Origin: Octopus vulgaris
Taxonomy: Eukaryota
DNA: 64,000 nucleotides
NCBI GenBank assembly: GCA_951406725.2
Contig: OX597829.1
Span: 55,304,001 to 55,368,000, forward strand
Reading direction: 5' to 3'
Shown: positions 28,213-41,484 of the stretch, in pieces
How the letters are laid out: each line of letters opens with the position of its first letter
Position numbering within the stretch: the first letter of the stretch is position 1
Program-made: the position numbers and the translations under genes
The notes under the pieces: model-generated
Told to the model about the DNA's origin: nothing
Seen by the model: the letters and a program-made list of their open reading frames with translations, nothing else
Database searches by the model: none

Positions 28213-28705
28213 AACTGCCTAATGTACATTTATATTAGTGTAAGAAAATGAATAAAAAATATATTGTGGATACTTATTTCATTTGTATTACAATAAACAC
28301 ATAGCAAATATTTAGGAGTTCAAATTGGTGGTAAAAAACGTACCTAAATAAGATAGATAAGGACCACATGTTCATATGTTAAGTATCCAAGTGATGTAAA
28401 CCACCAATTTGAACTCCTTTGAAAAAAATATGCAATCATTAGCCTCTTGCAAGAGGCAAGCCCTGAAGATATCTGGTCACATTGCATTATTTTTACACCA
28501 ATAACTCTTAACATGGTTCGAATCCAGCAGATCCGAAGCACTGTTTTCCTAGAGACCAAAATGAAACATGTATAGGCACAGTTGCTTATGCTTATTTTAT
28601 GGTCCTTTAAATTTTATTTGTATAAAATATTTGCTATGTTTTTATTGTGATACAAATGAAATAAGTATCCACAATATAATTTCTCTCCGTTTTCTTATAT
28701 TAATA
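28213..28705. mobile_element. Element with nested inverted repeats (Penelope-like architecture)
   Basis: ~28225-28313 is the inverse of ~28625-28703 (atattgtggatacttatttcatttgtat / atacaaatgaaataagtatccacaatat); ggagttcaaattggtgg (~28315) is the inverse of ccaccaatttgaactcc (~28401). Confidence 0.55.
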
Positions 28706-28715
28706 TATATTGCTA

Positions 28716-28972
28716 AGACCCCCTTCGGTCATGACTGACCATGGGATTGCACCTAGAAAGTTACCCTCCGCGGCACAAGTCCGAGCAAGGTTGTTTATGG
28801 AAGACCAGCAGTCGCCCATGCATACCGGCCTCCCCTCTCCCCGCCACCAGTGGCAAAGGGGCCGGTACAGCTTGGCACCTGTGACATTATAACTCATTTC
28901 TACAGCTGAGTGAACTGGAGCAACGTGAAATAAAGTGTCTTGCTCAAGAACACAACATGCAGCCCGGTCCGG
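28716..28972 (-). mobile_element. Family-C SINE
   Basis: Reverse complement of the 16078-16332 and 43770-44040 sequence. Confidence 0.85.
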
Positions 28973-28973
28973 G

Positions 28974-29053
<80 letters not shown>

Positions 29054-29454
29054 GTGTGTAAATATAGAGTAGTGGTGCAACAAAGCACCAATGTTTACTG
29101 GAAATAGCAGTCGATACAATTACGATGCAATAGTAAAGCTTCGATGTGTATATACTGGCAAAGACGTGTGAGGGCACCAAATATAAATTTTTTTGTCTTA
29201 CCTGGACAACCCGGAATCGGATAATCCAGTACCTAGGCTTCGGACTCTTCATATACGTTTGTCATCGTAAATTTGATTAGTCTTCATTAGCTGGATTTAC
29301 CTGGACAATATTTCAAATGTTGCTACATCAATGCCAGTATACTCGCCTGAACGCTTAGTCGTTAACAGACCGAGAACAGTGAAAAAACTTTCATTGAAAA
29401 ATAAAATATTGCAATACAAATGTATATATACACACACACACACACACATACATA

Positions 29455-29710
29455 CCACGAGCTTCTTTCAGTTTCCGTCAACCAAATCAACTCACAAAGC
29501 TTTGGTTAGCCCGAGGCTAGAGTGTTTAAGGTGCCACGCAGTGAGACTGAACCCGGAACCATGTGGTTGGGAAGCAAGCTTCTTACCACAGAGCAACATC
29601 TGCGCCCATACCACACAGCCACGCCTGTACCTATGCCACGCAGCCACGCCTGCATGTATGCCACACAGCCACGCCCGCGCCTATGCCACACAGTTACGCC
29701 TGTTCCTATG
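29455..29710 (-). mobile_element. Family-B SINE 5' half with a tandemly amplified head
   Basis: gcttctttcagtttccgtc...gactgaacccggaaccatgtgg followed by about five 25-bp repeats. Confidence 0.8.
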
Positions 29711-30179
29711 CATAAAAATGTACCGATAATTTGTGTGACTGATTATTTTTCTGTCACTCATAGTCAACACCATTTTTTTTTATGTGATTAGAAAGAAACA
29801 TGCGATACCCAGATTCGCGAGAATTAATGTATTAAAGAGTTATACACTGTGTTAGCTTTTCAATATTAAAAGTTCTTTTTGCAAAATATTTGAAAGAAAC
29901 ACGATCCTCCAGAGGAAAGGAATTAATTTATTGAAATATTGAGTATCATCTATGGGTGACGAGAACTATATAAAATTGGGCTTAAATAACTAAGACACGA
30001 TCTATGGTTAACAAACTTGTTGTACTAAATTCCAATTGTGGTTTCGAGTTTGAGTAATATCATAAGTACTGAAACGAAATTTACGTGAGGGGTGAAAAGC
30101 CAGGTCGATTTTTTTCAATCTTAATATCAAAACAAAACAGATATAGTAATTATAACTATTATTATACTTGTACATAACG

Positions 30180-30350
30180 TAGCGATCTAGCAGAATCGTT
30201 AGCGCACCAGGAAAAATGCTTAGCTGCATTTCGTCCGACGTTGACTTCAAATTGCCCCGAGGTTGACTTCGCTTTTCATTCTTGCAGGGTCGATAAAATA
30301 AGTACTACTTGAGCAGTGTAACTGACTCCAACCTTCGAACTTAGTGGCCT
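30180..30350 (+). mobile_element. Decayed family-A SINE
   Basis: tagcagaatcgttagcgcaccaggaaaaatgcttagc...gggtcgataaaataagtac. Confidence 0.7.
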
Positions 30351-30459
30351 ATTTGCGCATTGTGCAGCCATTCATCATCTTCTGTATTTTAGTTGTAGTT
30401 ATTGGTTTTTCTCAGAACCTCGCATCTTCTGACGAGAGCTGAGGTAGACTGTAAAATTA

Positions 30460-31025
30460 GGTACTAAAGTCTGATCCATCACCTGTCCCGATCAGCCGAG
30501 CGAAGTGTTGCTGGAAAGCTGCACACATCCATTCGGAACAGAATAGCACGCGCCGTTCTGATCCGTCATAAACTTGACTGTGGTTTTGTAACCGTGTCAC
30601 GCCTCCGCCACTTGGGCCATCGGACAAATTTTGTGCTCTCATGTTATAACGCATGAACCCAGCTCTGACAACGCAGCCATCATGTCCACGTTGAAAATAG
30701 TAAGGGCTAGTCTTATCGCTAGTACATCAATCGCGATGTCTTTATTAATCAGCTAGGCGGCAAATTAGCAGAAACGTTAGCACGCCGGGCGAAATTCTCT
30801 CGGTACAATTTTGGAAGCAACCTCTTCCCAGTTCTTATTCACTTAGCGATCCGGTCCGAATCAGGCTCCGAGCACCATAACCAGGCTTTCGTTCAAGCAA
30901 CAAAAATCACTGTTGGTCGGCATGAACTTACTTCTTCACGAGCCAAGCTGCAAACCCACCGAATTGTTCCGGTTGAGTGCTTCCTGGTTTACTTCTAGTA
31001 TGATGTCGATCACTTCTGTCTCTGA
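30460..31025 (-). mobile_element. Tx1/L1-type LINE ORF2 fragments (linker region and late RT region)
   Basis: Minus translations MCAAFQQHFARLIG and LNRNNSVGLQLGS...NKNWEEVASKI; a SINE-A head lies between the pieces at 30755-30800. Confidence 0.55.
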
Positions 31026-32534
31026 ACGGAAGAGATCGACAGGAACCATAACAGCGATGTCATTCGAGTGGAATGCTCTTCAAAGACTCCATGCTCTACA
31101 GCAGTGGTTCCAATCCAAAACAAATAAGAAAGAGAGAAGAGGAGGGACATCCTTATCGTACCAAGTTTGAAACTGAATTGTTCTGTGCGGTGGCCGTTTA
31201 GTTTTACCACCGAACAGATGTAGCGATCCACCTTAAACTGACTTGCTCTTAGAAAAGCATCTAGGTAGCAATGGTCAATCCTACTAAAAACTTACATTGA
31301 TCCAAACTGACCAGCACCAAAGCCATATTTATTCCCAATCCAGTCTACGATGTATCTCATGATGCAGAGATTGTCGTGGATCGACCAATCGGGGATGACA
31401 TAAGTTTGTATGTCTTCGACTACACTTTCGACAAATGCCAGCCTCTTAAGAAGCAGCTTTTCCCAAATATTTAATTCTGTATTGAGCTGAATTATAGCTT
31501 TTGAAATCTTTTATCACATTCACCTTATTCGGGTCTTCTCTCATTAGCGTTACCATTCCCCAACTAACTCAACTAGAAATGTTTCCAGTCTGTTGTCAGC
31601 TGTAGAAGACAGCTGCCAAGATTGGAGCGAACAAATCTGGTGCATAGAAACAGAGATCACAGGGTAGAGAGTCCAACCTCGGCGGTCTGCTTTGTACAAC
31701 AGCTCAGTTTTTTCTTAGTTAATGTTTTATATTTACTATATAAATTTTAACCAAACATTATGTAGATGAAGCATAAAACAAAAAATTATTTGCAATAAAC
31801 AACTTTAAATTAAAAAGAAAGGTGTGTGGGGGAAGAAGTTTCTGTCTTAGATATTGCATTTCCAAAAGTTGGTAAAACATTCTTAAGAATAACAACTTCG
31901 TAGTTTCCCAAATTTAGGGCATAGTTAAAAAGAAAAAGAAAATGTTACAGTCTTATAATAAACTTTTAGCTGCATGATAATCAATTACGAAATCTATGTT
32001 TATAGGTAAAATGTAGTTAATACGATTAAAAAATTTTGAACACAGTTTGAGAAAGATGAGAAACTGTTTCAATATTTCTTTCATCGTGACTGCAACATAC
32101 ATTAAAAGTCTAAGATATTTTATTCAACTTTGATGTTTAAATTGAAAGACTAGCGAAATTACATTTAAAATCTTTCTCCGGGGAAAAACGACTGCAAATA
32201 AAAAAAGAAAAAAGAAAGAAAAAAGAATTAAAAGTGGATTAGCTTCTTAGGAATTTATGAGGTTTGTGGTTTTATATTCAAAAGAAGTCTGTTGAAGAGA
32301 AAGTTTTCAAAATCTTGCTCAAGAAAACATGTATTTCTTAATAAACGTTTCTATTCAGAATTACTATTATTTTAAGCTCCTTAATTTTGATATAAAATTC
32401 AGTTTTGTGATTTCTTGAAAAATATTATATTATAGCATTTTATTTCACTATTTCGAAATTTATTTTAAATAAAACCGGCAGAATTGTAAGAGAAATTTTA
32501 ATGACATGCATATCGATTTTCATGTAGGGTAAAT

Positions 32535-32750
32535 ATTGGTTTCAAATTTTCGCACAAGGCCAGAAATATCGGGAGAGGGATAAGTGGATTACATAAGCCT
32601 TAGTACTCAAATGGTACTTATTTTATCGATCCTGAAAGGATTAAAGGCAAAGTTAACCTCGGCGTAAATTGAACTCAGAACGTAAAGACGGGCGAAATAC
32701 CGCTAAGCATTTTGCCTAGCGTGCTTATGATTCTGCCGGCTCGCCGCTTT
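32535..32750 (-). mobile_element. Family-A SINE
   Basis: gaactcagaacgtaaagacgggcgaaataccgctaagcattttgcctagcgtgc...gctcgccgc. Confidence 0.85.
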
Positions 32751-33044
32751 AAAAGGGGTCAGATATTGATAAATGAAACATTTTCAAAGGGAATCCCGTT
32801 ATTAGCTACAGGGGCTATATCTGTAACTTACGATCAAGACATGGGAGTCTGAACGTAGTCGCTGGACAAACTACAACCAGCAGTCAAATCATGCTCAAGT
32901 CACACTCCACTATCTTGAAAAAGGAAGGACACACTGAAGAGTGTAGTTCTTGATCTACGTAAAGATGGGGTGGTCATGTCTGGAAGTATTTTATAATAAA
33001 TTTGCCTACTCAGCTAGAATTGATCACGTGGTAATTGGACACAT

Positions 33045-33460
33045 TGTCTTTTATCTTTTACTTGTTTCAGTCTTTGGACAGCGGCCATGCTGGGGCACCA
33101 CCTTGAAGAATTTTAACCGAACGAATTGACCCCAGAACTTGATTTTTTTCTTAAAGACTGGTACTTATTCTATCGGTCTCTTTTGCCGAACCGCTATGTT
33201 ACGGGGAACGTAAACACATCAGCACTGGTTGCCTAGAGGTGATGGGAGACAAACAGACACAAAGACACATACACATACATGCACGCACATACATACACAC
33301 ACACACGTTGGGTTTCTTTCAGTTTCCGTTTACCAATTCTACTCACAACACTTTGATCGGACCAAGGCTATAATAGAAAACACTTGCCTAAGGCACCACG
33401 CTGTGGGACCGAACGCAGAACCACATGGCTGGAAAGCAAACCTCTTACTAAACAGCTATG
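33045..33460 (-). mobile_element. Full-length family-B SINE
   Basis: ttttacttgtttcagtc...ggccatgctggggcacc...aacacttgcctaagg...gggaccgaac. Confidence 0.85.
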
Positions 33461-35082
33461 TCTAAATAACCCCTAAAAAGAAAAGGTTATCACCACTGCA
33501 ATGTATTTGATCATCAGACTGTTTGTTCAAGGTTCAAACAGGATTAAACAATAATCAAACGAGTCTTGCGAGAAATATTATCCAAATTTCCTCAAATCAA
33601 ACCTGATTACCTTTAAAAATTATATGAGATAGTCTCGGATATCTCTAGAAGACATAATAATCATATCTGGAACGCTTTGATCACATAGGCTTTTTCGGTC
33701 AGCACTGACTTTGGACTAAATAATACATATCAGTCGAAAAAGATAACTTGAAATGATATGATTGCCTAAAAACGGAAACAAAGGACACATTCTTTGTAAT
33801 AATGAAGTTCAATACGTTTTCTCTATTATAATCACTTTCTGCTCAAAATATGTTAAAATAATATTTAATGCAATTCGTAGGAAATATTTTTCTGATTTAA
33901 AGTTAAAAGTTAAAAAAAAAAACAACAACAACGCTGAATGTAAAATTTCAGATAACTATTTTGCTAACCATAATCACTATTACAATCTTTCCTCTCAGCT
34001 GCTTGTTCATACAAAATATTTATTCCACAATGTTTATGGAGGAATACGTTACATCAGATTGTAGTGACTATTAGTCTTAGGCAGTGTAGCATATAAAGTT
34101 TTAAGTGGTGTTGCTTGTTTATAATTTCCAGCTTCAGTAGATTTTTAAGAATAAACAAGAAATATACTTTCGAAAGAGACGTGTTTGGTGAGAAAAAGCA
34201 GCTTTAAATTTTAGACGAAGTTGGGTTGAATTTTACGAAAGTATCTCTGTGAGGTGGGCCGAAATGATTATAAGATTTATGTAATGCTAAATGTTAGTAC
34301 TATACAATTGCTGCTTTTATGAATGGCAATGTGTAACAACTGGACTGCGTCTTAAGACATTTGGAATTTTATATGCAAAAACGATGATGTCAATAAGGTG
34401 GTAGGAATTTATGTTACTCAATGAAAATCAATTCGTAATTATAAACATATTCAAATCACTAAAAATCAAAACATCACATACAATACACGTGCATACTCAG
34501 ATTCATTACCACTCGTATTCTAACTTAATTGTTTACATAAAAATACACTTTTGGCCTTATATACAAAACCATACATTGGTGCATGGCAAATGTGTAAGCC
34601 TTTTTTTCTTTTTACCAAATTTTGAATGATTTCATGTAAAACATAGAGAAAAAGATGTCACGAAGTTGTCTTAGAAAAATAAATAAATTTAAAATAAAAA
34701 ACAAAAACAAAAATAGTCCCTCCTTGGTATAGAGTATAGATTCCCAGGGTATCAAATTGCTTAAAAGAAAATAGGTTTCATTATGTTTCGTGTCGAGAGG
34801 GGATGTAGATAGCAGCTGCTGAAAAGTGTCTTCGCAGCAACTTATTTTCCCTAAATTATTTTGTACAATGTTTTAATGCGAGCGTCTAGGGGTGTTTTAA
34901 AAAGGCAATTTTCTTGGCCTTTTTTCACAAACAATTTATGCAACACAATCACAGAAGTATGTCGACAACATGGTTTTGCAACGATTCTTTGATTATTTGT
35001 AATTTACTTTGATCTTAAGGATAGGATAACAAAAGAAAAGCAAAATAAAAACACACGAACCGAAAACAAAGTACATTCGAGA

Positions 35083-35153
<71 letters not shown>

Positions 35154-35569
35154 TTAATTCAGGTAGGAAGTAATGTACTGAATGGTGCACGCAAAAAAAT
35201 TCTTTATAAGTTGAAATTTATCGCTAAGATTGAGAAAAAGAATAAAAACTTGCTGATTCTCTAAAATAAAAAGAGTTTATTTTCAGAAATTATAATTTAT
35301 TTTCACAGAAAATTGTAAGAGTAAGGGAAAGCTTGATTTTAGTTATCAGGTAAAGTGATAGGCTACAGGTGTGTTCTTGTCTTAGTAAACGTTACCAGTA
35401 AAGCAAAAGACCGCTTTGATTAGAGAAGAGAAATATGTTTTATAATTAGGAAGTTTTTGTGGTCGCTAAATTTTGAAAGATTACAAAAGCGGGAAAATGC
35501 AAATAACTTAAATAATCTAATCACTTAAAGGTTAGATAATGCTTTTAGATTGTGCTGTACTAAATGAAG

Positions 35570-35636
35570 GACGTAAAAATACCAGCATTGGTTGTGAAGC
35601 GATGTTGGGGGGACAAACACAGACATACAAACATAT

Positions 35637-35700
<64 letters not shown>

Positions 35701-35874
35701 ATATATATATATACGACGGGATTCTTTCAGTTTCCGTCCACCAAATCCATTCATAAGGCTTTGGTCAGCCCGAGGCTACAGCTGAAAGCACTTGCCCAAG
35801 TTGCCATGTAGTGGGACTGAACCCGGAAACATGTGGTTGGTAAGCAAGCTACTTACTACACAGCAACTGCTGCG

Positions 35875-35878
<4 letters not shown>
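35570..35878 (-). mobile_element. Family-B SINE with internal (CA)n(TA)n
   Basis: cacttgcccaag...gggactgaacccggaaacatgtggttggtaagcaagc. Confidence 0.85.
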
Positions 35879-35928
<50 letters not shown>

Positions 35929-36166
35929 CATGCACAAATATATATATATTTCCTCTATACCATATTTTGATTTAAATTTAAAAAAAACGTTTTTATCTAT
36001 ATTCCATTATTAGTAAATTTAATTATCCATATATTTTATATGTCCATGTATATTTTTAGTATTCATATATTTTTATATTTTTATTTTATATATTATTAAT
36101 ATATGTTTCAGCTTGGACAATTCTTATTTTTATCGTAATTAAAACCCGTATATATATATATATATG

Positions 36167-36231
<65 letters not shown>

Positions 36232-36299
36232 ATATATATATATATATATGCGTTAACCGTGGTTTTCATGATTTCAACTTTTTCTATTGTATCCATTAT

Positions 36300-36335
<36 letters not shown>

Positions 36336-37433
36336 GACGATGATCCACTACCGATGTACATGTATTCATCCAACTGTCTATCTATCTATCTATCTATCTG
36401 TCTGTCTATAAGTCACTATAATGTGATGTTTACCATTATTGTTGTCGACGATTAAGGAAACCAAATGTGATCTACGTGCTATCATCTGCCACGAGTGAAA
36501 GAGTTTCATGACCTGACTGCTCCACACTTTGTTCTACAAAGAGAGAATGAAAAACTATTTAAGGCAGTGTGTTCGTGTGTGCGAAAGACCTATTTCACAT
36601 ACATCTGCACACACGCGTAAACACGAGCACGCACGCACACGCACTCGCACATGCACACACATACATAATTCCCTTACAGCAAAACAAGACGCATGGTGTA
36701 TCGAGATCTTGGTTTCAATTTCTTTCAAAACAGTAACGTCTTGTTGGTTTGTCTTTATCAAATAAAATGCGATGGTATCTTTTGTTGGAATGGCTTTCGA
36801 ATATTATTTAAACCATAAGATTACAACAGATTAACCAAATAAAGTAGCATAAACGACGCTGAAGCATTTGGAGTGGTCCCTCGAAAGAAATACCGCATGT
36901 CCACTGATTTATCTTGATTAATCTTTGCTTCCGTTTCCGGTGTTGGCCTTATAAGAGAACACTGTATACATGTGTACCAGCTTATATGGGATGTCCCACA
37001 AGGTATTTTAACTTTCTTAGAAAATAGGGAATATACTTTACTCTCAAACGAAACTAGTGTTTAACCGGCAGATGGTCGTTCGTCCTAGTTAAAGATAATC
37101 AATAAGCAGGGCATTAAATACCTTTAGTTCACCTTATCGAGAGCTTTTGATTAATATAAATTGATTAGACCCTCGCTAATGATATCTCTGAAACCCTTTC
37201 TTCACTAAACTGCGTCCCACATTATTAGGTAAATCAACTTTCTCTCAATAAATAAATGTACATTCATTCAAAACCAGTTGTTTCTCACTGACTGTTGGCA
37301 ACACCTATCTGCACACCATCTGTTAAAATAACTCGGATCTGCGCAGACGAAAACAAACAGCGGCCATTATCGCGTAGCAGCGACATTTCTGCTGTCCCAA
37401 ATTATGAGGCAGGTGCCAAATCTAAGTGCTGCT

Positions 37434-38811
37434 ATGGGTCAGAAAAGTAATCTTACTTCGAATGAGAAGTCTATCATCATGTCAGAGCTTGGAAAAGGAA
37501 AAAACAACCGTATAAAGAATACTGGGAAGAGATCACCAAACTGTGAAGAAATTTGTGCGCTCTCCTATTTCTGTCTGGTCGAGGGTTTCGAATCGTACTT
37601 CATGTGTGGAAAAGGAAGTTGTGCGGATCTCATGTTTGACAAGCAGAGAAGTCTTCAAACGTTGTCGCAGGCTAGACGTATCGAAGATTACCAGGTGTCC
37701 CCTCTTGAGGCAGGCAACCAGCCAAGAATGTTAAACCTGTTAGAAAGACCCCCCTGAAGGCTGTTCATAAGCAGAAGAGACTGAAATGGACAGAAGAATA
37801 CATGAAAAAAATTTTTTCAACAGTTCTGTTCATTAACGAATGCCGTACTACCTTTAACGGACCAGATGGCTGGAGTAAAGCTTGGGTATCAATCAGCAGG
37901 AACAGTCTTCATCGTTTGAGACGCCAACAGGGTGGAAGTAAGGTCATGTTTTGGGCTGGCATCGTTGAAGGTATGATGGTCGGGCCATGGAAAGTCGCAG
38001 ATGGCACTGAGATGACATCGGAAACATATGCTACTTTAAATTCAACTTACGTTGAAAGTCAACAAACAGCGTTTGCTTTAGAAGCGTTGAGATGTATTGA
38101 AAGATACAGATAAGGAAATAATTATATTCTCAAACGCAGAATAATGTTAATAAAATAGTAATTTTGTTGACTTTCAACGTAAGTTGAATTTAGCGTATGA
38201 TAACGTCTTATAAAGCTAGATGTATATATCCTAAATTTGCTGAAGAATTTGTCGTCGGGGCAGTTTAGCTTAATGGTAAATCACTGGACGTGTAATCATA
38301 GGAATGTGAGTTCGAGTCTCATGGCTGGCCGCCGACAGATTTTTCTGCAAAATATGACTAGTTTAACCTGTTCATGCTATATTGTTAGCATTATCCTACA
38401 TTTGAGAATAAAATTATTTCTTTATCTGTATATGTTACTTTCTTAAAGGGCAATTTCCAAACGTGGTTCAAAACGCAAAAACTTTCTTTCAAGAGAAAGC
38501 TGGTCTTCATGCAAGATAATGCCCCGTCGAATTGTAAGGAATATCTGTAGCAAATAGGCTTCTCTGGAGGTTGCTTGATGGAGTGGCCACCATTTTCCCC
38601 TGATTTAAACCTGACTGAGAACCTATGGAGTGTCCTGAAGAGGCACGTTCACCGAGGTGGACGGCAGTTTTCAAGTAAAGTTGCCCTCTGGGATACTATT
38701 GTAGATGCTGCTCAAAGCATGCCACAAAAGGATATCATCGCCTTAACAAATTCAACGGATCAGCACATAAGCAGGGTTACTGCATATGGAAGATCTTTAG
38801 GAGCTGTATGA
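37434..38811 (+). pseudogene. Tc1-like transposase pseudogene
   Basis: MGQKSNLT start, VLFINECR...GPDGW, RRQQGG..VMFWAGI, FMQDNAPS and WPPFSPDLNLTENLWSVLKR; frameshifts, a stop and an insertion at 38038-38429. Confidence 0.92.
38038..38429 (+). mobile_element. 392-bp tRNA-headed retroposon inserted in the transposase
   Basis: 12-bp TSD atatg(c/t)tacttt at 38026-38037 and 38430-38441; removal restores ETYAT-FLKGNF; tRNA-like segment 38258-38331 (A box TAGCTTAATGG, B box GTTCGAGTC, TGT at the anticodon position). Confidence 0.8.
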
Positions 38812-40156
38812 CATCATAATCCCTTGATTATTTTCATTCCAACGTATTATTATGTTTACCATCATGTCCTTTACGAATTAAAAAAAAAAATTAAATACAT
38901 GTTTGTTCTGAATTAAATAAATGTTTGTTCTGACACAGTTATCATTTCTCTTATACTTGCCTAATAATTTGTGACGGGGAAAATGTTGCCCAATCACAAA
39001 AATGGCTGCCATTTGTCGGCGTCTGCGCAGATCCGATTTATTTTAACAGAATGTACGCAGATAGGTGTTGCCAACAGTCAGTGGGAAAAACAACTGGTTT
39101 TGAAGGAATATACATTTATTTATTGGGAGAAGGTTGATTTGCCTTGAAGCTTGTTGTATAGCCCCAAGTTAATTCTGACCGAAAAGACCAATGATCCAGT
39201 CACAGCTGTTCCTAGGTCTACATTATCAAATATGTCTTTTAGTAAGACGGTAGGGCGCGATTTCAAGGAAATTTGATGGCTATTTTTAGCAGAGTGACTA
39301 CATAGCCCTGCACAGCTCTATCTGGTTCACAGAGTAACAGGATTTTCGGATAAATATCTCTGGATTCGTACAATTTTTAGCCATTGCCAATGTTTGATGC
39401 TAGTAAAGAGGAGATAAACTCCTAGCTGATATGTTTAGGGTGTGGTAAACAAGTCCCTGGTGAAACATCCTAAGTGGTTTACATGTATCATACATTTTTA
39501 TATTAAATAACATAAAGCCGATTTTCTATCATTTATCCATATTTTGTTTGTAATGACTCATTCAACTTAGTTACGTAATATCTTTCACAAACGAACGTAA
39601 GCGGTTACCATTCGGGTACAAGAGCTATTAAATGACTACTTGCATCTAAGAACATAAATCTTCGTTAACAGATTCGACGGAAGCTAACGTAGTCAAAGTA
39701 ATTTGCTAAAAAGAGTGCTTGAAATTACGTCAGAAATAAGGAGTAAACTCATTGGCATTAATGACAATTCTTGTCGAAAGGTGGAAGAGTAATCGAAATT
39801 TAGATTGATTAAAAATCAATTGAATACATGCATTGAGGAACAAATTTGATCTTTGCTAGTTACCGTGACAACTTTGCACATGTTTCAGTCATATTAAACC
39901 TCCCCAGCGAAGCGTTGTTACTACCAGGTCTTAGTATCACTTTGAGAGGATCTAAGGTGAAAATTATTTACTGATTACATGATATAAAACGACCAGAGTG
40001 TTACTTTGGATAACTTTGGAAGCGTACTTTTGCCGCCATGAGCAATTTGATAAAAGTTAAATCATGATTATTCTCTATGTGCCACATTTCCTGATATTAC
40101 CCAAGATGATAAATAGGGAAACGTATTACTATTGTTGTAGCAATTGTAGCGATATA

Positions 40157-40391
40157 CAACGGTGAGCTGGCAGAAACGTTAGCGCGCCGGGCCAAATGCT
40201 TAGCGGTATTTCGTCTGTCGTTACCTTCTGAGTTCAAATTCCACCGAGGTGGACTTTGCCTTTCATCCTTTCGGGGTCGATTAAGTAAGTACCAGTTACG
40301 CACTGGGGTCGACGTAATCGACTTAATCCGTTTGTCTGTCCTTGTTTGTCTCCTCTATATTTAGCCCCTTTTGGGCAGTAAAGAAATAAAA
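40157..40391 (+). mobile_element. Full-length family-A SINE with a 15-bp TSD
   Basis: TSD aattgtagcgatata at 40142-40156 and 40392-40406. Confidence 0.92.
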
Positions 40392-40789
40392 AATTGTAGC
40401 GATATAATTCATTCGGAACAGCTTTGAAATTTTAAAGTTTGTAACTACCCAAGGGATTAGTACAAAAAGAAAAACAACTTATTCTACTAATGAGCCGCTT
40501 ACTTAGAAAGCCTCCTCCTCCTCCTCCCCCCTCCTCCACGATTTTCTCACTCTCTGTGCATGTGTGTAGCGTTCCTTTACTCTTTGCCTACCACCAAGTC
40601 CATATGTGCACTAATTTTGGTATCCCTGATGTTAACTCTTCATATCTCTCTTTGATTCTTTCTCTTCTCCTCTATGCAAAGTAAAGCGTAACTAGAGAAT
40701 CGACGAGCGAACCAACCATCCAACGTTTACGTCGGCTATTATTGAAATCATTTATAAACAAGCACACCCGCACACGGCGCACGCGTACA

Positions 40790-41108
40790 CATTTACATAA
40801 TATACGCAAATGGCAATTTCTATCTGTCGGCCTGTCTGTTACCGTATTGCTGCCTACACCAGTGAACCAATTTGACGAAACTTTGCATACATGTTAAACT
40901 AATATCCGGTTCAATTATAGGCTAATTGGATTTCAATAAAAATCTATAATGGGCCTCCTAGTAGGGTTGGGCTATTATTTGATAAAATGAGACGGGTGCA
41001 ATGAATGTTAGTGTGAGGGAAATGTGGTGGCACAGTGAGTATGGTTGATATCAAGGAAGAGGAGAACATGGAATGGTAGTGGAATCACATGGAATGGTTT
41101 TTAAGCTA

Positions 41109-41110
<2 letters not shown>
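40790..41110 (+). mobile_element. Possible non-autonomous Helitron-like element
   Basis: tctgtc/ctgt repeats, then gaaccaatttgacgaaactttgcatacatg; ends gCTAGt directly before (TA)n; no clear subterminal hairpin seen. Confidence 0.35.
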
Positions 41111-41149
<39 letters not shown>

Positions 41150-41437
41150 ATTATTGTTTTTACGTATTTTTGTATTTTTATTCATGTAACATCGTCCGTT
41201 TTCCGTCCCTGTGTTGTATACATTCGAGGCTTTCTTCCAATGAATCTAATGCGCTTGGTTTAGATTTCCCTTGGGGTCTGCCCAGATCGGAGCAATCTCA
41301 AGATTAATCAGCCGAAATTGCGAAGATGATCCGGTTCTTGACTGATGATTGAGGGCTTCGAATGTCCCGTCCGTGTTTTTTGTATCGTCTTCTAAATGTT
41401 TTGCGTTCCTGTCCCAGTTTGTATATTTTTTAACTTT

Positions 41438-41484
<47 letters not shown>

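Larger units (their letters stand above)
37210..39144 (+). mobile_element. Tc1/mariner DNA transposon with long TIRs, decayed
   Basis: 37225-37368 is the inverse of 39001-39144 (aaaaccagttgttt.tc.cactgactgttggcaacacctatctgc); an internal repeat of the terminal motif at ~37394 and ~38958 gives an IR/DR-like layout. Confidence 0.9.

Noticed and set aside
29583-29710. CRISPR-like appearance of short regular repeats
   Set aside because: No unique spacers, no cas genes, eukaryotic context; the units derive from a SINE head.
38258-38331. Functional tRNA-Thr(TGT) gene; similarly the tRNA-like heads at 43697, 54608 and 61894
   Set aside because: Anticodon and D stems are mispaired and each is embedded in a repeat body; these are SINE heads.
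38240-38353. Hammerhead with the tRNA as helix II (CTGAAGA at 38240)
   Set aside because: No GAAA follows the stem; the CTGAAGA is part of a longer inverted repeat.
41335-41375. CTGATGA as a hammerhead core in the 41190-41420 repeat
   Set aside because: Followed by GAATG rather than GAAA, with no convincing helices I and III.
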